Shown here piece by piece: positions 63,999 to 64,000 of a stretch of DNA of 64,000 nt; the first letter of the stretch is position 1, and every line of letters starts with the position of its first letter. Below the pieces are notes generated by a model, which was not told where the DNA came from, made no database searches, and saw only the letters and a list, made by a program, of their open reading frames with translations. The position numbers and the translations under genes were made by a program. Source of the DNA: Ostrea edulis. Taxonomy: Eukaryota. The stretch is from assembly GCF_947568905.1 (NCBI RefSeq), contig NC_079171.1, positions 28,458,001 to 28,522,000 on the forward strand. The letters are read 5' to 3'.

Positions 63999-64000
63999 TA

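Overview
AT-rich, repeat-dense animal genomic DNA. The repeat families look like those of a bivalve mollusc, probably an oyster (inferred; species not determinable). Two convergent intron-rich genes are present. (1) On + (1817-30117), 16 exons hand-spliced at GT-AG sites give one open frame of about 560 aa, the C-terminal part of an M1-family aminopeptidase (aminopeptidase N/A-like); its GAMEN and HEXXH exons lie upstream of the window. (2) On - (50980-43496), four exons encode the MH2 domain of SMAD4; no MH1 or linker exon was recognisable in the remaining 13 kb. The rest is Helentron/HINE-like elements with satellite-like central repeats, decayed Penelope-like retroelements, tRNA-derived SINEs, MITEs, a solo LTR and about 20 different minisatellites. 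Highlights: a Penelope-type minimal hammerhead ribozyme split in loop II by a 696-bp solo LTR with a 4-bp TSD; tandem arrays built from duplicated splice junctions of the aminopeptidase gene (about 30 decoy acceptors in front of the exon carrying the third zinc ligand, and decoy-donor arrays behind four exons); a possible MH2-only SMAD4 start; and a double fold-back hairpin between the two genes. All coordinates were read by eye, so repeat boundaries are approximate.
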